A stretch of 64,000 nt of DNA from Cirrosporium novae-zelandiae (Eukaryota), in the NCBI GenBank assembly GCA_026023565.1, contig JAPETS010000022.1, positions 434,001 to 498,000 of the forward strand. Direction: 5' to 3'. The translations under genes were made by a program, and so were the position numbers. This document shows, in pieces, positions 11,553 through 26,300 of the stretch (within the stretch, counting starts at the first letter, position 1; each line of letters opens with the position of its first letter). The notes beneath the pieces were generated by a model, which was given only the letters and a program-made list of their open reading frames with translations, was not told the origin of the DNA and ran no database searches.

Positions 11553-11740
11553 CTACACGCACAGTACATACACACAGTAATTATACAGTACACATAATAC
11601 ACACACAGTACAGTATATGACACACAATATATAACACACATAGTATACACACACAATACACATATCACACAACACACACAATACATAGCATACACACATA
11701 TATAACACACAATACATACATAATATACATAACATACACC
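11553..11740. repeat. Degenerate (AC/AT)-rich simple repeat
   Basis: Tract such as acacacagtacatacacacagt...cacacaatacacata. Confidence 0.8.
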
Positions 11741-14700
11741 AGCATGGACAGGTAAATTATTACATAATTAACCACTCACTCATCCATACATAGTGAATAC
11801 ATAACCACAACAACAAACAAAATAATTGCTGCGCCTTGTCTGCCACACAAGCTACAAGCTAGGTATGTATGTAGGTACTTATTTATATGTAACACATCCC
11901 CATCTCCATCTCCGCGGCACCTCACCTACTTACCTTGGACTACCCAAATAAATAATCAATAATTCCCTTTCTTTCTTTCTTCCTCTGTTCTCTCTCTCTC
12001 TCTCTCTTTTTTTCATTATATCACCTAACATAACTTACTTATTTATTTACTCTTTAGCATTTTTTGTTCTTTGTGTTGGATGCCAACAAGTGTGTGTGTG
12101 TGTATGAAATAGAAAGAAAAGAAAGAAAATAAAAACTTGGGTACTTTGAGTATAGCTTTCCGCTGGCGGGACTAAAGAGTAGGTTTGGTTCTTAGTTTGG
12201 AGGTTTTTTTTTTTTTTTTTTGGAATTAGGAGTTCATAGAAAGTAATATCATTCTATGGTACACACACGGACATAGGATGGGTACGCATGGCACGGTAGA
12301 CTGACTTATATGCGCGGTCAGTAGGTAAGCTATTTTGTCTATATACATACCTATCTACCTACCTATATACCTACCGGGTTATCTGCAGTACTACTTCTAC
12401 TCCTATTCCTACTCCTACTATTGCTATTACAGGATGGGCCTATAAACTATAAACGGGAACGGGGTGGGGTAGCTTTTGTGTATTTGTTATTGCAGAAGTT
12501 AACAAGAATGAATAGTGATGGGGGGGTTGGGGGGGGGGGATAGATATATGAAACACATATAGGTAGTATTATTTTATCCATGGTTTCAGCTTCAAGAACC
12601 TCCGAACCTACTCGAGTGGGGTAGAGTGTAGAGTATAGTGTATCATAGATAGTATTTACTGTGGGGGCGTGGGAGGGGTGTGGGAGAAAGTTAGCTTATT
12701 GTGCTATAGGTCTGCTATTATAGGCGTGGGAAGAGAGAGAGAGAGAGAGAGAGAGTTGAATATTATACTATATACACATGCAGGGTGCTTTGCTTTATAT
12801 AGGGTATTTTATATAAAAGTGGGTGTAGAAGATAAGGGTAATGAAGGGGGATTGGTATAGCCTCTCTTTCTCTTTCGTCGTCGTTGTAGCCTGTAGGTAG
12901 GAGAGAGAGAGAAAGAAAGAAAGAAAGAAAGAAAAGTTGGGTTTGCTGGTGGTTTTATGTATGCTATGAAGGGTCCGTTGGTCGCAAGGTTAGTGACATA
13001 TAGAATATCTACTTTAGTTTTCAACCCCACCCGCTGCCCACCCGCCCACATGCATTAGACGACATGCATACATAACCTGCGTTGCGTTGTATGTGTAATT
13101 ATTTGTATATGTATTTTTCCCCATCCCCATTCCCATTCCCATCTTGGCCATGCTATAGATAAATAAATTACTCAACTTACTAGGTCCCCCCAATGGGGGT
13201 TTTTTGATTTTTTTGATTCCCCAAGAAGCGTTGCGTTTGGTATTAGTGTTTCCTCTTCTTCTTCTTCTTCTTCTTCTTCTCTAATTACTTACTTATTGTA
13301 TATATTACTGTAAGTAGACTATGTATCAACGAAATTAATTACCCCTTAGAACTAGGTCATAATTTATAGACAGATAGAATAGATAGATAGACTAGATTAT
13401 AAGAAGGGAGTGGGTTTTTTTTTATAGTAATTATAAGTTATAAGTTATTTATTTATCAACCTATCCGGCAAACTCAACCCAATCTAACCCAACCGCTCTC
13501 TCTCTCCTGCTGCTAACCAACGATGAAAAAAGAAAAAGAAAGAGAAGGCTAGTCTAATTATATCAATTTCCTTTTACCCTTATCCTTTATTTTCCTAACA
13601 CTTATTTTTATTATATAAACTCCCCTCCTGCATGTGTTATATATTTATATACCCCATTCCCCCCCTCCAACAGACCCCATTCTCATTCCCAAAACCTCAA
13701 CCCCAACCCCTCACCCCCTCACCCTCATCTTCATATTCATTCTCGTTAACCCTCCAACTACAATTACAGCTAATTACAGTTAATTACACACACATACAAA
13801 TATCTGTATCCCTATTTTCCCATTTTATAATTGGTTTATATTTGTATACACAACTATATGTACGAGTATAGTAACTCGTGGGCTTTTTTTGTCTATTTAT
13901 ATTCTTAATCCTCCCATCCAAATCTTACTATCTTACTGTTTTGGGGTATTTTAGTAGTTAGGTAAGTAAGTAAAGTAGGTAGCTATTTATTTATTTGTGT
14001 ATTTACTTACACGGGTAGGTAAGTCTTCTCTATCATGTGTGTGTAATGTAATGGAAATGGAAATGGAATGGATATACTCTTTCCAATCCGCACCCCTCCT
14101 CCAAAAACAAAACCCCCCCGAAATCAAAACCAAAACCACTAGATATCTATAAGTCCCTCCCTCCAACTATAAATACATACTTACTTCTAACCAAAGCATA
14201 TTTATCCTTTTCCAGGGATGTTCCATTTCATTCTATTTCTTTCTTTTCTTCCAGTTCATATATATAAGTTCTCTCTATTCAAAGTTATAGGCATCCCGGG
14301 AATACATGGAAAAAGAAAAAGGAGGGGGGTAAATAGACTAAGTGATGTAGGTGAGATGGGATGGGATGGGATGAAAGAGAGAGAAAAAAGGAAGGAAGGG
14401 AATTATTTATTTGGATGGTCCATAGATAAAGTGGGTAGGTACTGTGGAGATTGATGGGATGGGGATGTGTTACATGTAAGTAACTAGGTGTTAGATGTTA
14501 GATGTTAGACTAGAGGGTATGAAATTATTAGGAATTCTGTGGAGCCTTACTGGTACTTCCTAAGAGTAGGGATATATATTACTGCCACCACCTGCCTGAC
14601 ACATACACAGGGGGCCATTTAATAATATACGGAGAAGAAGAAGAGACGGAGAGACAGACAGACAGACTAGTTATTTTGTCTTTGTTGTATAAAAACCCGG

Positions 14701-15332
14701 GTATCATTCATTCATTCATTCCATTCCCTTCATACCTTCCTTCCATCATCACCTTTCCATCATCCATCACCTTCATCCCCCCCCCATCACTGACTGGCAT
14801 TTAAAAATAAAAAATAAAAATCTATACAAGGGAAAGTTAAGAACTAAAAAAAAAAAAAAGGGGACGATTAATCTTAATCAAACCTTTGCCGCCTTTCCTT
14901 TCCTTTCCCTTCGTTCCTTTACAGACACAGAGGCTGAAAAGAAACATACACACACACGCAAGAGAGAAGAAAAAAACGCCAACATTTCATTTGCAATGGC
15001 CTTATTCATTTTGCCCCCCCTAGCTTCCCGAAAAAAGGGCTTACACTAGTTATGGGCTTGTGTGCCTTCTCCACTATGGGCTTTGTGTCTCTCCACTATG
15101 ACCCAATATCGGTTTTTGATAGAATGTTATTTCTTTCCACTCATATTCCCCTTCCTTCGTATGCATGCAGCTGTACATCAAACATGGTCGTGAATATAAA
15201 TCGCATAGGCAAGTCGGTAGATTAGGGAGACATAATTTTTTTTTTCACCTGACGCACATCGCAGAGATCATATCGGTATCTTTAACTATAATCCCTCCCA
15301 TGGCGCATGCTCCCGTCTACCGCCGCTTCTAG

Positions 15333-16031
15333 TCAACCCGACTCGTCCCGGATGAGAGCAACGATCATGCTGTAAAGATAGAAGAAAAACATAACTAGGT
15401 GGAAACCTAATTTGATAAATGATTCCTAGAACACAAAATATATCAGATATTGGATTGACTACCATGCACGCCAAGCATCTTGATGGAGACAACACAACAA
15501 ACATACCTTCTTATGAACATTCAGTTTCCTGAAGATTTCGGTTGCATCGAGGAGATGTTGATTGTCAAGGATCCTAATTCAATATCAATATCTGATTCCA
15601 AAGTAACTTTGAACTAGTATTGGCTATACTTCTTCGCATTGAATGCCACTAGAGGTATGTTTAAGATAAGGGCGAGCCAATATCCATTTATCAAGAAGAG
15701 GAAGGTTAGGAAGGCATGGACAGCGGCTTCAGGAACGATGTAGGTGTTGAGTCTGTTACATAGATCGATAGGGTTGATGTAATCACTGCGCGAGAAAAGC
15801 ATGTTAGTTAATCTTTACATGAGTGGGCCTTATACCGAAAAGCGCCATTGATAAGTGGGATTGGTCTCCCTTATCACCGGAATGCCAGGCATAGACGAGA
15901 CGGTCATAGGTGAATCAGAGACCAACTCACCACTCAAGATCACTGTACATGATCGTAAAGAAGACTTGGAGAAATAGATTAACAGCATTGAGTAGAACGG
16001 CTAGAAGGAATAGCCACGCTTCTCCCGACAT
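15333..16031 (-). CDS. ERV14: Cornichon family ER cargo receptor Erv14, 4 exons
   Basis: Spliced product [47 protein letters not shown]...[54 protein letters not shown]. Confidence 0.95.
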
Positions 16032-16812
16032 TTTGTATATGAATCGCCTTTCTGGGGCGGAGACCTGGTTTTCTGACTGGTGATGTACGTCGCACGCAGA
16101 GATATATATGGCCTTTGCACAAAGTACTGTCTGTAGAAATTTGTACACTCTCGATAAATCTCGAAAGAGTGGCCTCTTGGAGGGGGTAGAATATTCGAGA
16201 TTTGGTGGGGTGGCGGGTATCGATCAAAGACGTGATGCGGGGTACAAATGAAACGAGGTTGAAGTCGCGAATGAAGACAAATCCTTTGATATACTGTAAA
16301 CCGTAGAGAGGAGTGAGGAAATATCAAAAGATCAAAAGAGCATGTGTGCACTTCTGGGTGGGTAACCAGAAAGATGAGATCAGTGGTGGGCTGGATGGAA
16401 TTTGCCGAGGCGGTTAGGACCAGTGGCATGAAGCGAAATCGCAACGTAGTAGAGTGGCCTTAGCCTGCAATACGGGCTCATCGCAACGAAGAAATGGCTA
16501 GATAACTAGTTTTAACTTTGAAAGCCTGAGGCCACCTTAGTACATTAAGACCGAGTGACCAGGCCATTATCATCATCATCAAGAGTGATTATGACCACCA
16601 CTACAAAAAAAGAGTCTGGCAATTGCTCGAACACTAGTTCAGGCGCCAGCAACAAGCTGGATTAAAATCAGACATTCAAACAAAATAATGGTATTTACAC
16701 AATCCTTAATGACGCCATTCTCAATATGCTAGTCGTTGAGCAACCAAAACTTCTATATCCGTCAAGTATTTCAGCAATATACTTGGAGCATTACTAGCCA
16801 TCCCATATCTCC

Positions 16813-19800
16813 TCATCTCCGTTCAACCAACAGCACATGCATAGCAATATAGGCAATTATAATGAAGACGGTCGCGAAGACTGCCAGGCCAATCACATCG
16901 TTCCATAAGGCCAGCGTGTCAAAACCAAATGCACTCAAGATTGATGCTCCAGGTACTTCAATATCAAGCCCGTATTTATGGTCGATCAAAGTCAGGTATG
17001 TAACCTCGTTGACAATGAGGGCTTCAAAGCCATAGTGAAATATTGACAACTGAAGATTTAATTAGTGAATGGTTTTCTTGTTAGAAGTTGGGAAACTTAC
17101 GGTCTGGAGCCAAAGGGCTGCTTTTGGAATAGCATCATGATTCAACAGTAACCCTGCAAAGAGCAGACTGAAAAGCATCACCAAGGTTGCAATCAGGTTC
17201 GCCACTCCAGCATTCTTGAATATAATGCCAATGAACAAGCAGATGGCAGCTGCAGCCAGGTTGAAGAGGACCAGAATCAGGACGAAAGTAAGGAATTCTG
17301 GCCATGCTGGAATGAGACCCGTCATTGGGTAAACAATTATGCCCATGATGATTGGAGGGATTAAACGCAGAGGCACAATGTCGAACACAACCTTTGCGGC
17401 AAAATAGGTGATGGGTGCATAATATCCATTTGCCCGCTCTCGAACGAAGAGCAACCTTTCCGACGAGAAGACCGATAGACTTGTCAAGGTACTGAAACCG
17501 AATAGGGCAAGTACAAAGAAGAAGAGACCGAGACGGTTTTGAAAGCCCTTGATATCATCTGTAAGTCCGTAGAAAAGGAAACCAGAGAAGACGGCTAGTA
17601 GAATCGCAATGGCATAGTGGGTCAACATTAGCATTGGGTCTCGGTAAAGGTTTGTCCATGTTCGCTTGGAAAGAATGATGAATTGGGTAAGATATCCCAC
17701 CCGTTTATATCCCTTCATGGTGCCCAAACCAACACTACTATTGGATTCTTGAGAACCAGACCCGTTACCGTTAGCATTGTTAGCGCCCTGGACTGCAGAT
17801 GAAATTTCGTCAATGATAGAACTAGCCACATCAGACTTTGCATATGCTGATATCAGAAGATCTAGGTCAGTACCGGTCCCCGATGCAGCAGGAGGAAGCT
17901 CATCCGGATCATCGAGTATTTGAGGCGGCACTTGTGCAGGCTGTCTGGAGAGCCTGAGCCACTGTTGTGTGCTTTCGGATTGATTTTGAAGATCGGATAT
18001 CTCATCGTCTGTGTGTGGTGATGCTGGTGTCTCCGCTCCATTGTAGCTTCTTTTTCTAGTAAACAGCTGTCTGTCTTGTCGTTGCTTGAGCGATTGTCGG
18101 CGTCTGCCCCGAGGCCTTTGCGAAGATCCAGCAGGACTTCCATAATTACCGGTATCCATACTCAAATTCGATTCGCTCGCTAGAGACTTGACTGCGCGAA
18201 TACTGCTTGACATGGTTCGAGAGCCATCTCGAGGATCAAATCCAGCAAGGTCGTCGTCATCAATGGGAGTTTGAGCAGTACTGGCGTGAACAGTGAGATC
18301 GACTAGGTAGTCGGCGATGTTAAATCCTGGAGGGCAAGAGTATCCGATATGGTCAAAGTATGGTTGGCAGCTGCTGAATGGACCAGAATAGACCGTTTTA
18401 CCCTTGGCCAATATCATTAACTGGTCAAAGAGGGCGACGATATTTGAGCGTGGTTGATGGATAGTGAAAATAACAGTTCGGTTGTAGCTCTTGGCCAGAG
18501 TCACCAGGCACTCAACAACGTTAAACGCATTATAGGCATCAAGACCACTGGTTGGTTCATCAAGGAACAAAATGCTGGGACTCGTAACTAGTTCGCAAGC
18601 AATTCCGACTCTCCGCTTCTCACCACCAGATATCCCTCGGCCTTTGCCTTCTTCCGAACCTATAAGTTGATCACGGATTGCCCATATTCCAAGCTGTTTC
18701 TCAACCTCGTAGGCTCGCTGTTCCTTTGCCGATGAACTCATATCACGCGGTAGTCGAAGGAGAGCACTGTTCAAGATTGTCTCATGAACGGTCAGGGTAG
18801 GGAGCATCGTGTCTTCTTGATCAACAAAACCAATAACCCTTCTATAGTCATTATCAGGAACCTTCTCTCCGTTGACATAGAAGCTGCCCTGGACAATACC
18901 ACGTTTATTTTTCCTTGCAAGAATATCAAGGAATGTGGTTTTGCCTGCCCCTGAAGCTCCAATGATGGCTGTGAGCTGTCCTGGTTGAGCCGAACCTTGA
19001 ATATCGGATAGTATTGTCTTTCCATTCAGGCTATACGAGACTTTTTCGAATTGTAACGAGGCAGGCTTGTGGTCTATCATGAGCTTTGCGGATTCGTCGT
19101 CCGAATCATCCGAAAGATAAATGGCTCCGTATTTTCTATAAGACCTTCTAGATAGATATGCAATCCCGAGTATCACTGCCACAACGAAAAGGGCAGCGCC
19201 TGCAATAACACCTGCAATCAAGGGAGTATTGATCCGCTTCACTGGTCGTTTATAACCTGGGACATCGGTTTTGTATAGACACTCTCCGGCGTTGCATTGC
19301 AAAGTAATGCTTTCATCTCCAAAGACGCTCTTGATGAGGTCGTTCATCGCAGGTTCTGAAAACTTACTTCCGTCCTTGGAGCTTCCACCTTCTGTGGATA
19401 AGGTAGAAAATGTCGCAGGACCTCTGATGGATTCGGTCAAGAACTCGCCAATATCAATAGAGCCTTCTTCTCCGCACAGCATCCGACCAGGGATACAAGA
19501 GCAATTAACGTGTTCACATCTATAGGTTGTCGAGTTTTGATCATAGTCGTTCTGCATATCCCAGGAACAGGTATCGAGTGAGCAGTAGAAGGATTCTTTC
19601 TGATCTACCCAAAATTGAAAGTTACATTCTTCTTTCTCGGCATTGCATGAAAATGTAACTTGGGGCTTTTGTTCCTTGAGCTGATCAAGAATCTTTCTGT
19701 TTGTAACATTACACATCTGATAGTTCTCATTGACAACCATGCCCTGTTTGTAACAAACTCCACCCTCGCCTTCGGGCATCAAAGCATCGCAAGCTTGGTT

Positions 19801-20166
19801 GGTCTTGCAAACATTGCAATTTATTCCTTCCCATCCCTCTTCGCAGTCACAATAACGGCCTTTACGAGGTGTCCTATCCTTTCCCTTGGGTAGGGATCCA
19901 CAGAGCGGATCTGAACAATCTTCGCCCCCGAATCCAGAAGGACATGTACATTTTCCATTATATTTACTGCACTCGGCGTATTGGTGGCATTGAAAGGCAG
20001 GTAGCAGGCAGTTGAAACATGGGGGACAATCCGAGGGTCGGTCGTCAAGAATGGAGAAGTCGAGGAAATTGGTGGAACCAGTCACGTTATTGTAGCTCTG
20101 ATAGGCAGCAGCAAGCCATGGAGTAAAGAGTAGAGCTGTAGTGAGCGATAAATGCCTCGGCTTCAT
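16813..20166 (-). CDS. ADP1: Adp1-like ABCG half transporter with N-terminal Cys-rich EGF-like region
   Basis: Signal peptide, [11 protein letters not shown] and EGF-like Cys spacing, Walker A GASGAGKT, signature [22 protein letters not shown]2 membrane domain. One intron near 17051-17100 joins the last exon. Confidence 0.92.
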
Positions 20167-20640
20167 GGTCTTAGACAGCTGGGGGATCTTGATCTTAAAC
20201 AGCTGTCCTGGATAAGATGCAGGAAGAAAGCTTGAAAGTTGGACAGTTCATTGACTGATAGCTGACTCTGAGAGCTTTGGAGGCGGGCGGTCATGTGTTT
20301 ACTATGTAAGAGTAAGTACTGCGGTAGTTGAAACTAATACGAACTAATGGGGAGCCGGAAGTTGGATCCAAGAAGGCTGGGGACCGAGGGTTTCGGAAGA
20401 TTAAACTAATTCTGGTTAGACTCGGGCTATCTTCTTCCACCTTCCGTTGACGTAGGCCTCAGGCTGTGATTTTGTGTATGGTGCTTTATTAAATTTATCC
20501 AAAATATTCTAGTTATACTATCTAGTCTTGGCACGGCATCTTCCGGAATCCTTAACAGAAACCACAAGGCTTCCGGGCGGGTCTCACGTGTGCCGAATAC
20601 CCAAGGCCTCAGGCATCAAGCATCAAGCCACCCTTCCAAG

Positions 20641-20675
20641 CAAACACGCCAAACACGCCAAACATGTCAAACATC
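20641..20675. repeat. Short 9-bp tandem repeat (CAAACACGC-like) x4 in a divergent promoter region
   Basis: caaacacgc caaacacgc caaacatgt caaacatc. Confidence 0.6.
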
Positions 20676-21117
20676 CCCATCTAATTTAGACCACCATGCC
20701 ACAGTGTGCATCTCCATAACGAAAGTACATCTATCTACTGGAAGAAAACATTCAAGTTTGAATATTTCAATATGAGTTCAAGTAATAATTATTACTGAAA
20801 CCCAGTCCTAAATATACGATATCGCCCCCAATCTACCAGCTGTCCTGCCGAAGATCATGTAGGCTAAGAACCATGGCCAACTACTATACGCCCTTCCAGT
20901 CAGCAAGTATCATATCGGGACAAATGGGACCTCGGAACTTAATTTAATATTATTTAACCCTCGTTGAGGACTTGAATTTCTCAATGCCCATATAAGATTA
21001 TTTTATAGACTAGATACTTTCACTCCACTCCGTGACCTGCAATTCCTACAACTGGTATTCTCATTCTTGGCTTACCTCTTCCTCAAGAGCAGCATCCTAC
21101 CCCGCTAACCCCTCACC

Positions 21118-22435
21118 ATGGTCAAAATAAAACCCTTCGAGGTCGAACAATGGATGGACGCATACGAGACGACGGCCAAATACAACATCGCAGAAACATG
21201 TTCCGCCTCCATTTCCATTTCAGAGCTCAAGGAGATTTCTGACGACAAGAACACAGAGCCCATTGACTTCTCCACCATTCTTTCCTATGGCGAGATCCGT
21301 GGCTCAACAGCGTTGCGGTCAAACCTGGCTCGATTATATTCCGTGAAAACAAATGCGCCTCTTCCCGCAGATAATATCCTGGTCACCCCAGGGGCTATCA
21401 TGGCAAATACCCTCCTATTCTATGCCCTCGTTGGCCCCGGAGACCATGTCATTTGCCATTACCCCACATACCAGCAACTATACGATGTACCCGCCTCCTT
21501 GGGCGCAGAGGTTACCCTATGGAAAGCAAACGAGGAAAAAGGATGGGCCCTTGATATCGAAGAACTAAAGGCGATGATCAAGCCCAACACCAAACTAATC
21601 ATCCTCAAGTAAGCCATATCCTACCCCACCCCCAACTCAATAATCCAAACCCATCCAAATTCACCCCAAAATCTAACCATATAACCACAAAAACAGTAAC
21701 CCAAACAACCCCACGGGTGCTCTAATCCCCAAAACCCAACTCGAGTCAATCATAGAAATCGCCAAACAACACAACAACATCCCCATCCTAAGCGACGAAG
21801 TCTACCGCCCCGTCTTCCACTCCATCACCCCCCTAGACCCCGAATTCCCCCCCTCCCTCCTCTCCATGGGCTACCCAAACGCCCTAACCACCGGCTCCCT
21901 CTCCAAAGCCTACTCCCTAGCCGGCATCCGCATCGGCTGGATCGCCTCCCGCTCCCAGACCCTAATCTCTAAAATCGCAGCAGCCCGCGACTACACTACC
22001 ATCTCCGTCAGCCAGCTCGATGATCAAGTCGCCACCTTCGCCCTCAGCCAAAACACAATTCACCCTCTGCTCGCCCGCAACATCCAGCTAGCACGCACAA
22101 ACGTCCAGATCCTCGAGAAATTTATCGCACAGCACAGCTGGGCCTGCGAGTGGACGAAGCCGAAAGCGGGAACCGTCGCGTTCGTAAAGTTTTCGAAGAT
22201 GGGGGATCCAGTGGATGATGTCGAGTTCTGTAGGAGGCTGCATGAGGAGACGGGGGTTATGTTCTGTCCTGGGAGTAAGTGCTTCGGGGATGGGAAGGAA
22301 TTTCAGGGGTATGTGAGGATGGGATTCGCGTGCAAGACGGAGGTGCTTGAGGAAGGGTTAGAGAAGTTGAAGCTATGGCTTAAGGGGTCGTATAAAGAGA
22401 TTCCGTTGGCTGCTTCTTCTTCTGCTTCGCAATAA
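21118..22435 (+). CDS. PLP-dependent aminotransferase class I/II
   Basis: FEVEQWMD, LSYGEIRGS..LR, NNPNNPTG (across an intron at about 21609-21696), ILSDEVYRP and SLSKAYSLAGIRIGW (PLP lysine). Confidence 0.92.
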
Positions 22436-23323
22436 AGATGTATCTTTTCTTTCTACGAAATTATAGAGAAAAAAAAAAGATGGAATATGACCTAGAAGAA
22501 AGAAAATAAATATATATATGTATACATACCTAGGTAATTACCTCCTAAGTCCTAAACCCCTCCAAAACCCAAAACTCAAACTCAATACTTCTTTTCTACT
22601 TTCTACACAAACCCCTACCATCACGACCTCCTCCCCAAAAAAGATTTGAGTCTTAATAATCATTATTTCATACCCTCATCACCCCCTATAACCCTATAAA
22701 TTTTTAATTTCTCCATTTTCCATTTCCCATTCCCCCTAAAAAAACACCCATCCATCATCCACCCCCCACTTTCCCACTCCCCTGGCCCAAAAACAACAAC
22801 AACAACCATCATTAGTTTTTTTTTTTCATTCCACATCCCAACTTCATCCCAACATCCCATATTACCTCTTTATGAACTCGATTATTTTTTGGGGGGGGGG
22901 GTTTCCTTCCAGGCAATTAGGGGTAATCGATTGATCGATCGAGCGATTATTAATCAAAGCCTCTCAATGCGAAATGCGAAATGCGAAATAGAAAAGAGAG
23001 AGAGAATCCATCCCATTTCATCCCACCCCATCCGTCCGTTCATTCGTTTACGCCGATGCTCCATCTGTACAGTACATACATGTACAACTTCCTATACACG
23101 CCCCCCCCCCCCCCCCTTCAATCAAAAAAAGGCGTCGTTTCCGAATTCAAAAAAATTTCGCAGTCCATAGAACTTGGCGTAATGGAGAAAGAGATAGAAA
23201 CCTGCTTGGTTCCCACTTCATAGTTAATTTTTCCCCCTCTCTGCGACAAAAATTTCCTTATATATACAAACCACGCAAGTCAATAGCCCCCTTATCCTTA
23301 CCCTTAGCCTCCCCCCCAAAAAA

Positions 23324-26300
23324 CTAAAAACTAGCAAGATCAATCCACATACCCAAATACCCCAATTTACTCCCATCAGGCCCATCCATCTTCTTCTCAA
23401 ATTCCTCCAAACTCAGACTCCCCCACAGTTCTCCGCGCTCTGCGTACTCTTTCTCCACGGCCTCCATCATCAGATACCGCTCCAGCTTACGCTGGGAGGG
23501 CGGTCTTTCGGATGTTTGTTGTTGGAGGGTGTTGGAGGAGGAGAGGAGGGAGAGGCGGTTGTGGGCGAGGTTGTCGTCGAGTTTGGAGGGTTTGAGAGAG
23601 GGAGAGGGTGGGGGAGGGGTGTTGGGGCGGTTTTGGGGGAGGGTAGGGTCGCGGTATTCTTCGGAGGGTGTTTCTTTCGGGGGTTCTTGGGGTTGTGCTT
23701 GTACTTGCGCTGTAGGTGTGGCGTTTATGGAAGGGGAGTTGGGACGATTTTGTGGGAGAGTGGGGTCGGGAGTGAGAGAGGTAGGTTGCGGTAATGGATC
23801 GGTCGCAGAATTTGGTATTACGACGCTACTCTCATCAATCACAATGTTGATGATAGAGTACCCTGCATCGTCGAGGAGAGCCTGCAAAGCTTTGTCGGTA
23901 TCTTCGCTGGAGTATCTGGAGGTAATAGTGGAGGCAACAGTGGGAACTTCGGTGATCTCATTATCCAGACCTTCCTTTCTGAGAGTCTCATTCCATTTCG
24001 CTAGGCTTGGTATGCTAGCAGTGTTGTATGTAATATCGCCCTTCGTCTTTGCAAATACTTCAATTTCCTTGGCCCACTTCTTACGCTCGGCCCGTGTTTT
24101 TAAGCATTCCATTTTCAGGTCCTCCTTCTCTCGGAAAAGAGGGTCTAGCATCTCGTTTAAGCCGGATTGGGTGACCTGGTAGACAATTTCTTTTCCAACA
24201 TCCCGCTCCGCTTCTGGAATACCATAGCCTCCCCAGCGTTCACCATGAGGAATACTACGTGAACTTGTAGAGTGGTTAGACCGTGTTTCATAATCTGTGT
24301 CGGTGACGTCATCTTCGAAGCGGACTTTTGAAGAAGATCTTGAGCGTCGGGATGCTGGGCCATCATCAGAATCATCATTGGCAGATCTCGGCACATTGCC
24401 GTGAGGGTCAGTATCAGATTTCATGCCCCCTGGCAGGGCAACACCATCTTCTTCATCCAAATAAAATTCCCGTCTCTCATATCTATCTTCCAAGGCTGTT
24501 TCCCTTTCGTCATTTCGCTTCCTATCTTCGATCACCTTAATTCTTTCCATTGCAGCTGCGCGAACTTTGTCTCGTTCATCAAGGTCCGTTATCGAGTCTA
24601 GAGAACTATCTCGTCCAAGCGCAATTTCGACGTCGGCCGGTACGACAAATTGTGGAGGCCAAGAGCCATCGTCTTCCCCATCAGAGTGATCGTGATCTTC
24701 GTCATCAGCATCACTATCATCATGCATGCTCATGGTAGTATCAACAGTGGCCCGTTCTGCCGCCTCCAGTATTACTTCCACTTCTCTTGTAGTCCTGATT
24801 TCCGTTGGACTCACGGGGAGGAACATAGAATCCATATCTTGTCTTAGCCCCCCAGTGGTAATGTTACCAAAACGCCGTCTTTCCGCTACATCTTCGATAA
24901 CTTGGTGGAACTCTCCTTGGTCGTCACTACTATCGAGAACAACACCTTCATCGTCGATAAGTTCCATATCCCCAGCCTCGTTCCTCTGCTTGCCCTGTCC
25001 AGTCCTAGACTCTTCGCCGTTGCCGAATCGACCTGGGAAGGCAGAGCTTAGTGGTTGACTGGTCGAGATAACAGACCGTCCCCAGCCCATATTCTCTGGC
25101 CCATTTTCGTCATCCATTGGTATTACAATCTCCTTTGTCAGTTCTTTGGTCAATGCATAATAAGCTCTGAACATGCGCAGGAAATCCTTTCTTGTTACAT
25201 AGCCATCCTCGTTGAGGTCATAGCCCTTAAAAGTCCTACGTATCCTCTCGTCCTTACTCTTGCCATTGAGACATGACGACCCGGTTAAGAATTCATGAAG
25301 TCCGACAAGACCATTTGAATCTGTATCGTAGAAAGCGAATATTCTATCATAAACAAGATTCGGATAAGCGAAGCCATTACCGGTATTTGGGATGAAGCAT
25401 TTATCAAAGGTGGAACGGTCTATGGCCATATTGCATTGCAATGGATCTTCTGGCCAGGGCGCGTTGGCTAGGCATCTGAACTGGTCATAAAGTGCTTCGA
25501 GCTCGGGACGTTCGAATCCAGTTTCCTTTACTAAATCCTTTATGGTGTTTAGAGGTAGACTTCGTGGGAGATGGCCCGGCTTTCCGGGATACCAGACCGG
25601 TTGAGCTTGACGAGGGCTTCCGAGGAACGGGGCAGGGATGCGGATCTTATAGAATAGGTGTGTCTTCGGATGCATCTGCATTGTTTCGCAAGATTCACAG
25701 AGATCAAAGTCGAGACAGTTCGAACAACGATACCTGATACCTCTGATAGGAACCATTCCACACGAATTGCAGGTAACACCACGATGAATATAGCCTTCTC
25801 TAGTTGCCTGTTCCGCGGCTATGTGATATAAAAGGTTCAGTAGCCCTTGTCCTCCATTAACAGCATCCGTGCCTACTGTTTCGCCACTAGGATGTCTGCC
25901 ATGGTCTTGAGAGTTTGGTACATTTTCTTGATCTTGCACCGTATCCTCGACATGGATCTCTTCCACAAGATCCTCGACGTGACCATCACTAGTACCATTT
26001 GGTATTTCAGAGGAATCGTCGGGATGCTGTGAATCTTCCATTCTCCTTCGTAGTTCTTGTAGTCTCTCCGGATTATTTGCCGCTTCCCCACTTGACAAAA
26101 GCAATGAGCCATTAATAAACCTATCAAAAGCCTCCCTGATGTTGTGGACCCGAAAACCGCGATCAAGGAACATTTGTATTACCAGACGCTGATCATTGGT
26201 AGCAACAGCCAAAAGTTGTTCAGGAGGGGGACTTTGTGCGAGAAAATTGTCCAGGACTACACTTTCGATGCGATTTCGTAATTCAGAAGCCGCATCGGCA

